From: Malacoraja senta
Taxonomy: Eukaryota
NCBI GenBank assembly: GCA_038087875.1
Contig: CM075977.1
Span: 269,390,001 to 269,454,000 of the forward strand
Length of the DNA: 64,000 nucleotides
Reading direction: 5' to 3'
Both the position numbers and the translations under genes were made by a program. The notes beneath the pieces are model-generated. The model was not told the DNA's origin. It did not search any database and saw only the letters and a program-made list of their open reading frames with translations. Position 1 is the first letter of the stretch; each line of letters opens with the position of its first letter. Positions 1-12,722 of the stretch are shown piece after piece.

Positions 1-1535
1 TAATGGTGCATCCAAGAGCTTCATGTAAGCAAAGAATTTCATTATTTCCTTGTGTATCTGACAATAATGAATCTCTTATCTGTTCATTTTGATTTTGATA
101 TTGGCCATTGTGCACTGCCATTAATTACCCTAAGTTTGAGTATAAAACACATTCATTTTACTTCGGAGTCACGTGAGTGATTCCGTGAAGAAGCCCCGCC
201 AGTCCGCATGCGCATCATATCGTCGCTCGCATGGTGAAGCACCGGACTGGCAGGCGTCGCTCCTGCCAGCGGTAAGTTTAAACTACAGGTAAGTTTTGTT
301 TTCTTACCTGGTTTTGATTTTCTTGCAGGAACCTCTTTTTACAGAGGTTTTCCTGCTCGATATTTTCGCGAAGTCCGACGAGGGAAACCGGCTATGGGCT
401 GTGGGGAGACCCCGGTTCCGACTGCGGAAGCGGGTAGCCGGCGAATGTCGGGTTCGCGATCCCAGTCACTGACAATGCGGTCAGTGACTTCCAGACGCTG
501 TGGTTCCCATGGAGAGGTAAATCCAGCAGTAATGCGGCTCCCAGACCGCAGTAGTCCCCAGGATATGGGTTAAAACCAACCAGAACGGGCAGCCCTATGG
601 ACTCGGACGAGTCGGGCCGGGGGGGTTCCCCTCTGGTAATGTATAAAAATTTGGAGGTTGGCCAGGATGGAGCTCCTAATGGAGTGGATGCTCCACCTAG
701 ATACACTCCAAGAGCAGGAGTTGTGTCAGCACGGGCCTATGGGAGAGCCCGCGCCAGCAGCGCCTTGGACAGGGCTGCTTAATGTTGATGCCGAGTCTGT
801 GGCAGCGCCGGCCTATGGGAGAGCCCTCGCCAGCAGCTCTTTGGCCAGGGCTGCTTAATGTCTCCCTCTTGGAGGAGGAGAGCATGTCGGGTCAGTGTAA
901 ATCTGACGCCGAGTCTGAGGGTATAGCCGTGGAGCATACCCCAAGGGATGAAGGGCACGTGTCACATTCCTGGCAGCAAGGTTTGCCATCCCAACACAAT
1001 CACGGGAAAAAATGTTCCATCCTGGTATAGGTCTGTTGGAAGGGCCATATCAGAGCAGGTAACTTCAGGGGCCTGCGGCAGCAACTGTTTGAGGGCTGCC
1101 TATGATTTGCCCTCTTTGAGGAGGGGAGTGCGAGTGGTCAGTATGTAACTGACTTTAAATTCTAAAGTATGTCTGTGGAACATACTGGAGCACATGCATG
1201 CCGGCAGTGAACAGCGCTATCAGGGGGACATTAGAGCCAGCCACCGAATCTTCTATTCAGGTAAGACCTATTCAACAGGCAAAACCTGGAGTTCGAAGCA
1301 AAAGCTGTCGGACCAATCAAGGCCAACGACGAGCAATGCTTCATCGTTTTGGCGACAACGCACCCAACGTCTTCATCGGCAGTAAGCGGTTCACTGAAGC
1401 TGGTGGCAGCATGAAAGCTGGGCAGAGGTTCCACGCACTCTACCAGTTCTACTCTACAACTAAGGGACCACTTACAAGTTGGTAATATTTTCACTTGGTT
1501 GTACAATACACAAATGGTTAAGACATTGTCATCTA

Positions 1536-2120
1536 CTTGACTACTGTAACTCTCTTCTCTTTGGAATCAATTCCAGCAACATCAACCGACTCCAACTGGT
1601 CCAGAATGCAGCCGCCCGACTCATTACCCATACCAAATCCTGGCACCACATCACCCCAGTTCTCAAAGAACTTCACTGACTTCCCATTTCCCACCGGATC
1701 ATCTACAAAATCCTGGTCCTCACCTACAAAGCCCTCAACAACTTGGCCCCCCCTTATCTCACTGACCTCCTCTCCCCCTACCAACCCTCACGGTCCCTCA
1801 GATCCACATCAGCTCGTCTCCTCTCCACTCCGAAATCAAACCTCTGCACTTTTGGAGGCAGAGCCTTCTCCTGGGCAGCTCCCAGGCTCTGGAATTCCCT
1901 CCCACAACTGATCCGAAATTCTGAGTCCATCACCATCTTCCAGTCCCGCCTCAAGACCCATCTCTTCACCTCTGCATACCCTTAGTCCCATGTTCCCCTC
2001 CCCTTTGCATCTCTGTCTTACTGCTCTATTTTGTTTTGTTTATTCTTGACTCTCAATGTAAAGCGACTTTGAGTCCTGAAAAGCGCTATATAAATAAAAT
2101 GTATTATTATTATTATTATT
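1536..2120 (+). mobile_element. 5'-truncated L2-clade LINE inserted in DIRS copy 1
   Basis: LDYCNSLL..RLQLVQNAAAR..HITPVL..RAFS.AAPRLWNSLP..LKTHLF RT C-terminus, 3' tail AAAGCGCTATATAAATAAA-(TAT)n, short ACTT repeat at both junctions. Confidence 0.9.
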
Positions 2121-2175
2121 ACTTAGAGGCATCTAATCATGTAAAACTGGACAATACTAGCATTCCAAGCAGGTT

Positions 2176-2445
2176 TGGAATTGGGCCAGAATTGTGTTTT
2201 AAGGCAGGCTCAGTATTTTGGCCAGGATTGCCTTCGAGACATGCTCGGAAATATGGGCAGAGTTGTCTTTCGAGGCAGGCTCAGAATTGTGGCCAGAATT
2301 GTCTTTTGAGACAGGCTCAGAATTATGGCCAGAGTTGTCTTTTAAGACAGGTCAGAATTATCAGATAGGCTCAGTATTATGGCCAGGATTGTCTTGCAAG
2401 ACAGGCTCAGAAATCGGGCCAGAGTTGTCGTTCGAGGCAGGCACG
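2176..2445. repeat. 36-bp minisatellite, ~7 degenerate units
   Basis: Unit approximately AGGCAGGCTCAGAATTGTGGCCAGAATTGTCTTTTG in tandem, no spacers. Confidence 0.85.
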
Positions 2446-2579
2446 AAATGATGGCAGGCGTGGCCTGTTCATTATGAAAGGTGGAGATATTTGAAATTAT
2501 CAGGAGAAGGCAATTGCTATGATGAGGCAATAATAACAGTATGATGACAGTAATGCATTGCAAAGTGGACTACTCAGAG

Positions 2580-4660
2580 TTCAAAAACACTTGTTATGTC
2601 TTTACTGGATGAGATTTTAACGCTGTATTTTGCTAAAATCAACTGTTTCAGTCTCAAACTATATTTGAGAAATTGGGCTCCTCTATCCAGTTAAAATTAA
2701 GTTGTTACCAAAGAGACTTGTTGGTCATTGGGATTTACCTTTAGCTATTAATTAGCCGATGACTCTGCCCTGGGCAACAGATTGGAGTTAATAGAAACCT
2801 GTAACAGCCTTGTTGTTATAAAGCAGCTTTCTATTCATCAAGACTAATTGGCAATATAGTAGCTGTGATTCAGCTGTGCACACGTGCCATGTAGGTCATT
2901 GTTAACACACCAATGGTATTACCAGCTGAAGCTACCAAAGTCACAATGATGGACAAACAGTATTCAGCATTGCTCCAGTAGTTTGGTCAGTAAAAATTTC
3001 AGTTATATTGCAAACTGATGCTAAGGGCTCTAACATGGAAAATTGCGAATGTCATCTCTAGTATGGAGGTGAAGGAGATTTGCATGAGTTACCAATTCTT
3101 CAGTTATAGGTATCAACTATCTATAGACCCTAGGTGCATTCTATGCATTCAAGTGATTGAGCGAATATGCATAATCTGCATGCTCAACTTCAAGTTGATA
3201 CACTATGATGGTGGCATATGTTAGTCACATGGGTGCAATCAAGTAAAAGTATCCTGTAATAGTTTATCTGATCTCATTTGCCACTGGTGTATCATCAAGT
3301 ACAGATCAATGACAACACAGAATGGGTGTTGGATCACACAGTATTTATGAAATTCTGGTTCGATGGAACACCAAATATCGATATGTTGGTTTCAAGCGTA
3401 TTCACCGGTTGCAAAAATATGTGGCATACAGTGGCGAAAGATACATTCTCGCTACAAGAAGGAGGAATGGTCTTTTATGTCTTCCTCCATTTTGCCTCAT
3501 CAGTCGGGTCTTCAAATAAAGTCATCAAGATCCCGCTTTAGGTTTTTCCTACTGTCTGATTGGCCTATGCAGCTCTGATTCCAGATTTTGTCGGGAATAA
3601 TAATACAACCTTATACGATTATTCTAAACGTAAACTTTGCTGGTTCAGCCTGTGGCTCGGGAAATCAGCCTTTGCATGATAAAATCTATTTATGACTTGC
3701 AGATTCTGAATGGACTGCCCCTATGGCTTGGGTTGTCACACCTATCCTTGTATGTGTTCACTCCAGAGTGCTGGGATAGCACCAAAAAAGCAGTACATTT
3801 CCTCTTCAGGAGATGGGAAGCGTTTTGTTTAATGCTAATATTACATTTGATACGGTACAGATTACTGACTCTTGGACTTCATTTTTTAAATGGTCTTTTG
3901 ACAATAATTAAGTTATAGGGCCATTAACTGTGCCAACGTGACTTCCCATCATATTTGCTGCAGCAAACGGGACCCACTCTGTCGGGTTTCACACCCGGAT
4001 ATTGAGTTTGTAAAGGATATCTTTAACACAATTTCTCCCAGGCCAAGTACAATGCAGTATGGGATATTGACATTGTATTAACATTAACTCACCAGGGGGC
4101 TCCAGCTACATCCTTGGCTTTGGCCGGCTCTCATGAGGTAGTTATCCTCATGGCGCTGGTTTCAGCACAACGGGTTTCAGTCGCTACATAATTGCGACTG
4201 GACAGGATGATTACATCTGTAAATAATATATATAAATGTTTATGATTTAATTAAGCAGAGTAGAAGGGGCGTCAGGTCTCAAACTAGTTTCATGGCATAC
4301 CCAGGGACCTTCGGTTATGTGAGGGCACACATATACAACAATACGTCAAGGTCACCAAGAGCCTTCGAGGCTCTGAACTAGCAATGCTTGTTAGTTACAA
4401 AAAACTTTATAAGAAGGTATCCGTTCAGACCATCTCCAGGTGATAAAATGGGGTTTGATTTATGCAGGAGTAGATACTGATTTCTAAATCTCACTCCACC
4501 AGGGCTGCTACAACATCAGCAGCAAGGGTTATTTACGTTCCGCTGGACCATATCCTAACGGCTGCAGCATGGTCAAACGAATGAATTTTCCAAACATTTT
4601 ATAATAACCATTGCCAGACCAGGGGTATTTGCCAACTCTATTTTAGGTTCTATTTATAGT
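2580..4660 (+). pseudogene. Decayed DIRS RT-RH-MT and tyrosine recombinase remnants (copy 1)
   Basis: Colinear similarity to the copy 3 ORFs with many stops and frameshifts. Confidence 0.8.
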
Positions 4661-4836
4661 TTCCCTCTGGATGAGAAGGGTTACTATTATTATTACTTGT
4701 TCATTAAACAGCATCAGCATGTTTTAAATCTATGTCATGTCTGTATACATTATGAATGTTTCCCTCATCTGTCAATGAAGCAGTTGTGATTGTGTAGACT
4801 CGTCTCTCACGGCATGAAATCACAAAGCTTTGAAAT

Positions 4837-4948
4837 CTTCACGGAATCACTCACGTGACTCCGAAGTAAAATAGTAAGATTAAATGAGAACTTACCAGTT
4901 TGAAGTTTGAACTTTATTTTATGAGGAGTTACGATGAGCGATTACGTG
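4837..4948 (+). repeat. ICR of DIRS copy 1
   Basis: Reverse complement of left terminus 156-190 joined to reverse complement of right extension 5094-5170. Confidence 0.93.
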
Positions 4949-5364
4949 CCCACCGCTACCAACCCTCTCGCATAAAGATCACTCCGTAGTTCTAGTCTCT
5001 CTAAGTCTTACTATGTTACTTTGACTACTGTTATCTGTGATTTCACACCGCTGCTTTGAAGATTGATGCGCATGCGGACTGGCGGGGCTTCTTCACGTAA
5101 TCGCTCATCGTAACTCCTCATAAAATAAAGATCAATCTTCAAACTGGTAAGTTCTCGTTTAATCTTACTATTTTACTTCGGAGTCACGTGAGTGACTATG
5201 TGAAGAACCCGCCAGCACGCATGCGCGTCATATCGTCTAACACATTGCGCAGCGACTGGCTGGAAGGCGCTTTGCTCCTCCACCGGTAAGTTTAAAAAAG
5301 GCCTGCAGGTAGGTTTTCTTATTCTGAGGTCGTTTTTTGTTTTGGGGAATTTCTTTACAGAACG

Positions 5365-6606
5365 GTGATTTCCAAAGTAATGGAAAAATTGAGGGCCAAG
5401 TCTAAGCGGGCTGCGGCGAAACTGGCTGCGGAGGACCGCGGGAGTGCGGGCAGTCAGCAGCGGCTGACTTCACCACCTGGGTCGCTGACTGTGCAGTCAG
5501 TAACCTCCGACTTGGTTCCTGCAGAATCCGCAGTGGTTCCCCAGGTTGGGGTTAAAGCCAAATGTAAGTCGGTTAGGCCTGTGGACTCGGACGAGTCGGG
5601 CCGGAAAGATTCACCGCCTGCGGCAGGTAGTGCCCGTGGGCGTTTATCGCGCATGGAGCGGTTAATGGAGCAAATGCTCCAACGTGACATACTCCTGCAG
5701 TCAGAGTTTTGTCAGCATGGGCCTCCTCGGACACCCACGGCAGCGCCTAGTACAGGACTGCACAATGTCTCCCTCTCCTCGGAGGGGAGCATAAGGAGTC
5801 AGTTCTGGGCTGGCTCTGAAGTCGGGGATTTGGCTGAAGTGTGCTTGGGGGTGCATGAAGCTCAGAAACTGCTCGGCATGGTCTCCAAATTCGCGATACC
5901 CTCACAATCAGGAGAGCCTTTACAAGAACAGCTGGCTGCTAGTATTGATTACCTTACATCAAACCAGCTGCAGGAGCAGGTAATGACCGACACAGCTGCT
6001 AAATATTTAGCACCTGCGAACTGTGCTTCTTTGAATGTTCCTGCGGTGAATAATTTGATTTGGGGATACATTGGTGGTGGCATCAGAGCCCAAGAAGTCA
6101 AGATCCAAAGAATCCTCAAGCTGCTGGCTTCGGGTATAACGGCGTTTGCCAGATCCATAGATGGAACATTGTTGTCGGATGAGCAGCAGGATGCGCTGGC
6201 ACTTTTATGCAATGCTCAGTTTGAGATCAATTGCTTTAGGGAGAGTGTGATCCGACCTGCCCTGAATCCCAAATTTGCGGGGTTGTGCAAAGTCAGCAAC
6301 ACTCAGCCACCAAATTTACTATTCAGGGAGAACCTGTCAAAACAGGTCAAGGACCTGGATGAGGAGGCTAAGGCTGTCAGGCTAATAAAGGCGCCGTCAA
6401 CCGGCAAGACCTCGCAACTTCGGCGGCAGCACCCCTATGCATCCACCAACAGAATACGTTATCCGGAGGCGGGTGAAAGCTCGAAGGCCGTACATTCTGG
6501 ACAAAGGTCTTTTTTAGGCCAAGGTCCAGAACGGCCTTCTTGGAAAATGCGCCATCCCCACATTCCAGCTCCTCTACCCCCCAGGACTCGGGGACGGAAG
6601 AAGTAA
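5365..6606 (+). CDS. gag: DIRS ORF1 gag-like protein (open; likely ATG at 5380)
   Basis: 413-aa ORF in the ORF1 position, homologous to ORF1 of copies 3-5 (IRPALNPKFAGLC; LLF..NL.K.VKD). Confidence 0.85.
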   Translation: MISKVMEKLRAKSKRAAAKLAAEDRGSAGSQQRLTSPPGSLTVQSVTSDLVPAESAVVPQVGVKAKCKSVRPVDSDESGRKDSPPAAGSARGRLSRMERLMEQMLQRDILLQSEFCQHGPPRTPTAAPSTGLHNVSLSSEGSIRSQFWAGSEVGDLAEVCLGVHEAQKLLGMVSKFAIPSQSGEPLQEQLAASIDYLTSNQLQEQVMTDTAAKYLAPANCASLNVPAVNNLIWGYIGGGIRAQEVKIQRILKLLASGITAFARSIDGTLLSDEQQDALALLCNAQFEINCFRESVIRPALNPKFAGLCKVSNTQPPNLLFRENLSKQVKDLDEEAKAVRLIKAPSTGKTSQLRRQHPYASTNRIRYPEAGESSKAVHSGQRSFLGQGPERPSWKMRHPHIPAPLPPRTRGRKK

Positions 6607-6626
6607 ACAAAAACCCATTGGTAACA

Positions 6627-8555
6627 ATGGAGGTAAGTGGGTCTGGTTTCTTCCGGAACATGGTGTGTGTAAATTGTTCACAAGTTGGTGATTACACTTG
6701 TTTTGGAATGCATGGAGTTCAATAACATCTGACCCATTTATACTGCACAGTATTCAGGGGTATAAAATTGAGTTTCTTCATAATTCCTTTCCACCAGTCC
6801 AGCATGCACCTAACTGAACGTTTGTGCTTTCACAGCAGGAAAGTTTGGATGGGCATGCAGACATTTTGAGATTACATTCAAAAGGGATAATTGAGAAGTC
6901 CCGACATGACTCTCATGAGTTTGTATCTAATATTTCTACAAGGAAAATGAAAGATGGTGGATGCCGCATCATCATTGATTTGACGCAGCTAAATACATTT
7001 GTGCAGTATATACATTTTAAAATGGAAACTTTTGTTACTGCCAAACATTTGGTTTCCAAAGGATACTTTATGGCTTGCATCGACCTCAAAGATGCATACT
7101 ATTCAGTACCTATGCACAGGGATCACCGAAGGTATCTTAAATTTAACTGGATAGAGCAGCTGTGGCAGTTTAAGGCGTTGCCTAATGGGTTAACATCAGC
7201 CCCCAGATTGTTTACTAAAATAGTAAAACCGGCACTTGCGTTTCTCAGAACACAGAAACATATTGTCATGGCATACCTGGATGATATCTTAATTATTGGG
7301 AAAACTGGAATTAGCTAAATTAGCTGTTTCAGCCACCAAGCTCTTGTTTGAGAAATTGGGGTTTCTCAACCATCCAGTTAAATCTAAGTTGATACCATCC
7401 ACAGTTATGGATTATTTAGGGTTCACTATTAACTCTGCTCACATGTCTGTGACTTTGCCTGGGGGCAAGGCAGCAGAGTTAATAGAGGCCTGTAACAGCC
7501 TTGTTGTCGTTAGTCAACCATCTATTCGACAAGTAGCCAGGGTGATTGGCAAGATAGTGGCTGCATTTCCAGCCGCACAATTTGGACCTTTGCATTATCA
7601 AAATGTACAGCAGGCAAAGGTGCAAGCACTTAAAAATCATGCTGGTCACTTTGACAGGCCAATGCGGTTACCAGTTAAAGCTATTTCTGAATTGCAATGG
7701 TGGATACTAAACATTCGGCATTGTTCTAATACCATTGTAGTCAGCAGTCCTTCAGTCGTTTTACAGACTGATGCTAGCGCTCAAGGTTGGGGTGCTACTA
7801 ATACCATCTCTAGTTGCGGTGGCAGATGGGATGCACATGAATCATCTTTGCTTTAGACACTTGGTATTAATTATTTAGAGATGTTGGGTGCATTCTATGG
7901 GGTAAGGGCTTACTGCACAAACATGCACCATCTGCATGTTCATCTTCAGATTGACAACACCACTGCGGTGGCATATATCAATCATATGGGTGGAATTAAG
8001 TTGATATCTTGTGATAATCTGGCTAACACTATTTGGCACTGGTGCATCAAAAGAAATATTTGTGTATCAGCTACTTACCTTCCAGGTAAGCTCAATACAG
8101 TGGCGGACACCAGGGCACGAAAGTTCAATGACAACACCGAATGGATGTTGAACCACAATGTGTTTGCCGACATTGTAGCTCGGTATGGAACGCCGGATAT
8201 CGATCTGTTCGCATCCAGGATTAATCACCAGCTACCAACATATGTTGCATGGGAGCCAGACCCTGGGGCAGTGGTGATGGATGCATTCTCGCTACACTGG
8301 GGAGGATTGTTTTTCTATGCATTTCCTCCCTTCTGCCTCATCAGTCGGGTCTTGCGAAAAATTCAACAAGACTCCGCGTCGGGTACTTTGGTAGTACCCG
8401 ACTGGCCTACTCAGCAATGGTTCCCTGTGGTTCTGGGTATGGTATCAGAACCATGTATGTCCATTTCCAAACACCCTGATTTATTGGTTCATCCTGTGAC
8501 AGGCGAGAGTCACCCGTGCCATGACCGGATAAATTTGTTAATTTGCAGAGTCTGA
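6627..8555 (+). pseudogene. pol: DIRS RT-RNase H-methyltransferase ORF, frameshifted/stopped (copy 2)
   Basis: Split ORFs 6824-7318, 7296-7856, 7881-8555 carrying DLKDAYY, LPNGL..APR, YLDD, TDAS..GWG, DNTTAVAY, DLFAS, YAFPPF. Confidence 0.93.
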
Positions 8556-9119
8556 GGAGACCTTTCCTGGGACTTGGACTGATGGATCGAACCCTGAACA
8601 TGATCATGGCGGCATGGAGGGATACCACCAAAAAACAATAATATCTCATATATTAGGAAATGGGAGATATTCTGTACTCGGGCTAACATCACGTCCAACA
8701 CGGCTCGTGTAACGGATGTGCTAGAATTCTTGTCCAGCCTTCATTTTGATGAAGGTCTGAGCTACAGTGCCATCAACTGTGCAAGAAGTGCCCTATTGTT
8801 TTACTTGTGGCGGCGGTCGAGACACCATGCTGTTGGGTCTCACCCTCTAGTGTCGAGACTTATGAAGGGTATTTTTAACACTAATCCCTCTAGATGGCTT
8901 AGACAGGTTTTGGCTGCTGCAGGTGTGGACACTGATGTTTTTAAATCTCATTCCACCAGGGCTGCATCGACATCGGCAGTGAGAGGGTTAGAAGTTCCTA
9001 TGGATCACATCCTTGCAACGCCAGGATGGTCTAGTGAAAGAACTTTTCAGATACTTTATAACAAACCCGTTGCCAGGCCTGGGGTGTTTGCAGATTCAAT
9101 TTTAAATTCTGTATTATAA
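8549..9119 (+). pseudogene. DIRS tyrosine recombinase with internal deletion (copy 2)
   Basis: SYSAINCARSAL..HPLV..LMKGIFN joined directly to RWL..HSTRAA..GWS..F..Y. About 410 bp missing relative to copy 3, including the first catalytic Arg region. Confidence 0.9.
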
Positions 9120-9929
9120 TTTACCCCGAATGTTAGGGGTCATTATTATTTCTTGTTAATAAAAGCATCAGCATGTTTGAATAACCATGTCATGTCTGAA
9201 TGCATTATATTTTTCTCCTCCTTGGTCAATTATTGCAGTATGTGATGCATGGACTCATTCCACGGCATGAAATCACAGAGCTTTGAAATCTTCACGTAGT
9301 CACTCACGTGACTCCGAAGTAAAATAGTAAGATTAAACGAGAACTTAACAGTTTGAAGTTTCATCTTTATTTTATGAGGAGTTGCGTTGAGGGATTACGT
9401 GCCCTCCGCGCCCAACCCTCTATCATAAAGGTCAGCTGGTATTCTAGTCTTCTCTAATCTGACTATGTTTAGTTCAATAAACTGTTATCTGTCATCTCAC
9501 AACGCTGCTTTGAAGATTGACGCGCATGCGTGCTGAAGGGTTCTTCACGTAATCCCTCAACGCAACTCCTCATAAAATAAAGATCAAACTTCAAACTGGT
9601 AAGTTCTCATTTAATCTTACTATTATATTATTTGTCTCTGGGTAGAACAAGTTTATCTTATCTTTTTACTCTGTTCATAGAGCCTCACGACCCAAGGCTT
9701 TGTGGACTACTTATCATCCCAAATAAACCTGCTTGTCTGACATGGGGACTGTTAGCAGACAACATTTTAGCTAAAAAGAATGTTCTAATCCTTACGTTAC
9801 AATGATAGCTAGAAATGTCTCTGCTGCAGTATGAATACAGCAACTTAAAACATGATCAAGCGAGAGATTGTGGGTTTTATTGTCAATGAATTGCTGACTT
9901 GGTCGAAAGATAGCCTGAATCCTATATGT

Positions 9930-10080
9930 TTAATTTAGTTTAGTTTAGTTTAGAGATACAGCAAGGAAGCAGGCCCTTCGGCCCACCGAGCCCACATATT
10001 AACATGGTCCTACACACACTAGGGATAATTTTACTATTATACCAATCAAATTAACCTACAAACCTGTATGCCTTAGGATA
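9930..10080 (-). mobile_element. HE1-type V-SINE, 3' fragment
   Basis: (TTTAG)n tail followed by AGAGATACAGC..AGGCCCTTCGGCCCACCGAG, shared with other copies. Confidence 0.75.
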
Positions 10081-10453
10081 TGGGTTATGCTTATATGAGT
10101 TATGTTTATGGTTTGATAAACATTCCTGTAAAAAAGAAACACGTGTTCATACTGGACAAAATGAGCAATCGTTTCAGTTTTGAACAACTCTGCTACCAAC
10201 ACAGTGCTAGGATCAGGGGAATTTGTTTGGAAGACTGACCTCTAGGCCTAAACATTGAACTGTAATACAATGCAATTTATAGCAAAGAAATTTAGAAATT
10301 TGGTTGATACCTCATCCGTTACAAATTCAAGCTCATGAAAACCTAAAACAGAATTGCGTAAAATTGTTCTTCGAATTCACAAATGTAATGCTTGCTGTGT
10401 TCACATATGCTGAATAGATGCTTGATACATCCCTTATTCTCATATACTGAAGC

Positions 10454-11234
10454 TGTAGATTAGTGGCTCATGCTATGAGTCATGCATTTGTAGTTACGCC
10501 CACTAGCTTGTTAGCTGCTGCATTCCGTTAAAGGCCTGTCGCACGAGTCTGCCGTCATTGGCGGCGAAACAGGAAGTATCTACCGCTCCTGGGCCGCCAG
10601 AGACCGCGGGCTCGGTCAAACGCACAATTCCGGGGCCGTGCGGTGTTGTTCCCAACACCGCACGGTGCTAAATAAAAACCAACACTGTTCAAAAATATGT
10701 TCCTACCGCACAGCCGCCGCCAGTGATTCACGAGTGCGGCACGGCCGCCGCCACAGCCGCCACCAGTGTGGCACGAGCGCCGTGAGTAGAACCTTCACCG
10801 CCACAGCCTCCGCCAGTGAGGCACGTGTGCGGCACGGCTGCCAGCACAGCCGCCGCCACAGCGCCGCGATCAGCACGGCCGCCGCCACAGCCCGGCAGAT
10901 CCGAAATGACGTCATCGCAGTCGGCCCTCCCTTTTTTTTTACTTACCGCAAGCTCGTGGGACCAGCCGTACTTAAATCACTCGGCCCCCGCGCAGCATCC
11001 GTGCGGCGCTCCCGTGGCATAGGCTCGGCACACTCGCCGTTGCCGTGCGGTCCCCTCTACCGGCGACGCCGCGCTTCACCGCACTTCACCGCCGATGACC
11101 GCAACACCGTGAGGCAGAGCCTTTAGTCCTAAAGTGAACTCTCAAGTGAGAACTTGTATTGCATGTTCCTAATAAACTCTATATAACCTGACATGGTGTG
11201 AGGCCACTGTTATTATAAGGACTACAAGTCAACA
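10454..11234 (+). repeat. 5' LTR of Gypsy element A, interrupted by a MITE
   Basis: Starts TGTAGATT (as does the LTR at 61044), has AATAAA, ends CA and is followed by PBS TGGTGTCAGA (tRNA-Leu-like) at 11235. Confidence 0.7.
10531..11122. mobile_element. GC-rich PIF/Harbinger-type MITE
   Basis: Imperfect TIRs AGGCCTGTCGCACG / CGTGAGGCAGAGCCT, TTA on both flanks, internal CACGGCCGCCGCCACAGCC subrepeats. Confidence 0.7.
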
Positions 11235-12722
11235 TGGTGTCAGAGTTTATGAGCTCACCCTTCAATTGATTATATTGTTTTTATCTTGGTCTATTTTTTT
11301 AACTGCGGTTATGGCTGCTGCTCTCAGGAAGCCAGAGGTCTTGGTGTTTGATGCAGACCGTGCAGAGCGATGGCGTGTATTCGAGGAAGATTTCTCAATC
11401 TACATTGATGCAGCGTATCCAGCTGCGACTCCTGCTCTCCGTGCTTCAATCCTCCTTAACTTAGCAGGCACTGAAGCTGCTCGACGTGCCAGAAGATTTC
11501 ACTATGCACCGGTTGTGTTGACGCTAATGGTGTACAGATTCCAGTAGAGTCTGACCGTGATCCTGAATGCCTCCTACGTAAATTCCGACAACTATGTGAG
11601 TTACAAATTAATGTGAGCATTGAACGACATACATTTTTCTCAATGTGTCAAAAACAAGGAGAACCGGTCAAGCTATATGTCAGTGCACTGAAGCATGTCG
11701 CTAGTCGATGCGATTTTAGAGAAATTGAAGATAGCTTGATAAGAGACCGCTTAATACATGGCATATTGAATGATAAACTACGCGATGAATTGTTACGTGA
11801 AGTTGGCCTGACCTTAGAAGCTGTCGAAAACCACTGTCGTATAGCTGAGTTAACCATCTTCTGCTGCTCATGAAGTCAATGCAGCCAGTGTGACTAATCA
11901 AATTACTGCTCGCCCATTCCAGGGGCCAGTTAACAGCCCAAGATGGATTTCTAATTGCTTTAATTGTGGCGTTTCACACACTGCAGTTCGCAATCAGTGC
12001 CCTGCGTATGGAAAACTCTGCAGGTTTTGCAATAAAATTTTGTAAATTGCTGCCGGTCACGAAACAGATTTCAAACGAGACAGTCAGTCAACTCGTTAAA
12101 CCAGGATGAATATCCAAGCTCCGAGTTCACACAAACAGATGGGGACAGCACAGAGATTAATGTGCATGCGTTGTCTGGTTCAGCATCCAAACTCGATCCC
12201 AAGGTTGCTCATTAATGGCAAAACTTTTTATCTTAAAGTTGATAGCGGGGCTAGGTGCAATGCTATTTCGCTGGCTGTCTTCCAACTGCTGCAAAACACA
12301 GAAACTCTAACTCAGACGACTGCATCACTTATCTCCTTTAATGGTGCACCACTACACCCTATCGGCCAAGTAAAGTTACGTTGCCGTCTCAACGCGCGTG
12401 ACCACATTGTGGATTTCTACGTGGTATGTGAGAAAGTATCCATACTGGGTGCTGATGCATGCCATGGGTTTGATTTCCTTCAGCCCTTCAGTCTGTCCAT
12501 TGACTATAGGCTGTGATTTTACACATCACATTTTACTTCGGCGTCACGTGAGTGACTTCGTGAAGAACCCGCTCAGTGCGCAGGCGCGGCATTACGCCAG
12601 CAGTGCAACAGCGGCGGCAGCTGGAGGAAGGCGCTCCGGCTGCAGTTTAAAAGACGGACCGTTGGGTAAGTATGCTGAAGTTATCTAACGGAGAAGGAGA
12701 GTTAAAGACGTGTACTTACGAA

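Larger units (their letters stand above)
156..5170 (+). mobile_element. DIRS1-like YR retrotransposon, copy 1 (intact termini, heavily decayed coding region)
   Basis: Starts TTTTACTTCGGAGTCACGTG. 184-217 is inverted at 5064-5097, and the ICR 4837-4948 is complementary to both termini. Decayed gag (DSDESGR), RH/MT (NDNTEW...VFLHF) and YR (SHSTRAA at ~4490) remnants. Confidence 0.93.
5171..9622 (+). mobile_element. DIRS1-like retrotransposon, copy 2
   Basis: Same terminal sequences as copy 1, ICR 9290-9401, right ITR/extension 9518-9622, gag, pol and YR regions in order. Confidence 0.95.

Noticed and set aside
2176-2445. 36-bp repeats resembling a CRISPR array
   Set aside because: Units are contiguous and degenerate with no unique spacers, the context is eukaryotic, and there are no cas genes.
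10638-11126. 162-aa ORF
   Set aside because: Lies within a GC-rich MITE with low-complexity repeats; no transposase motifs.
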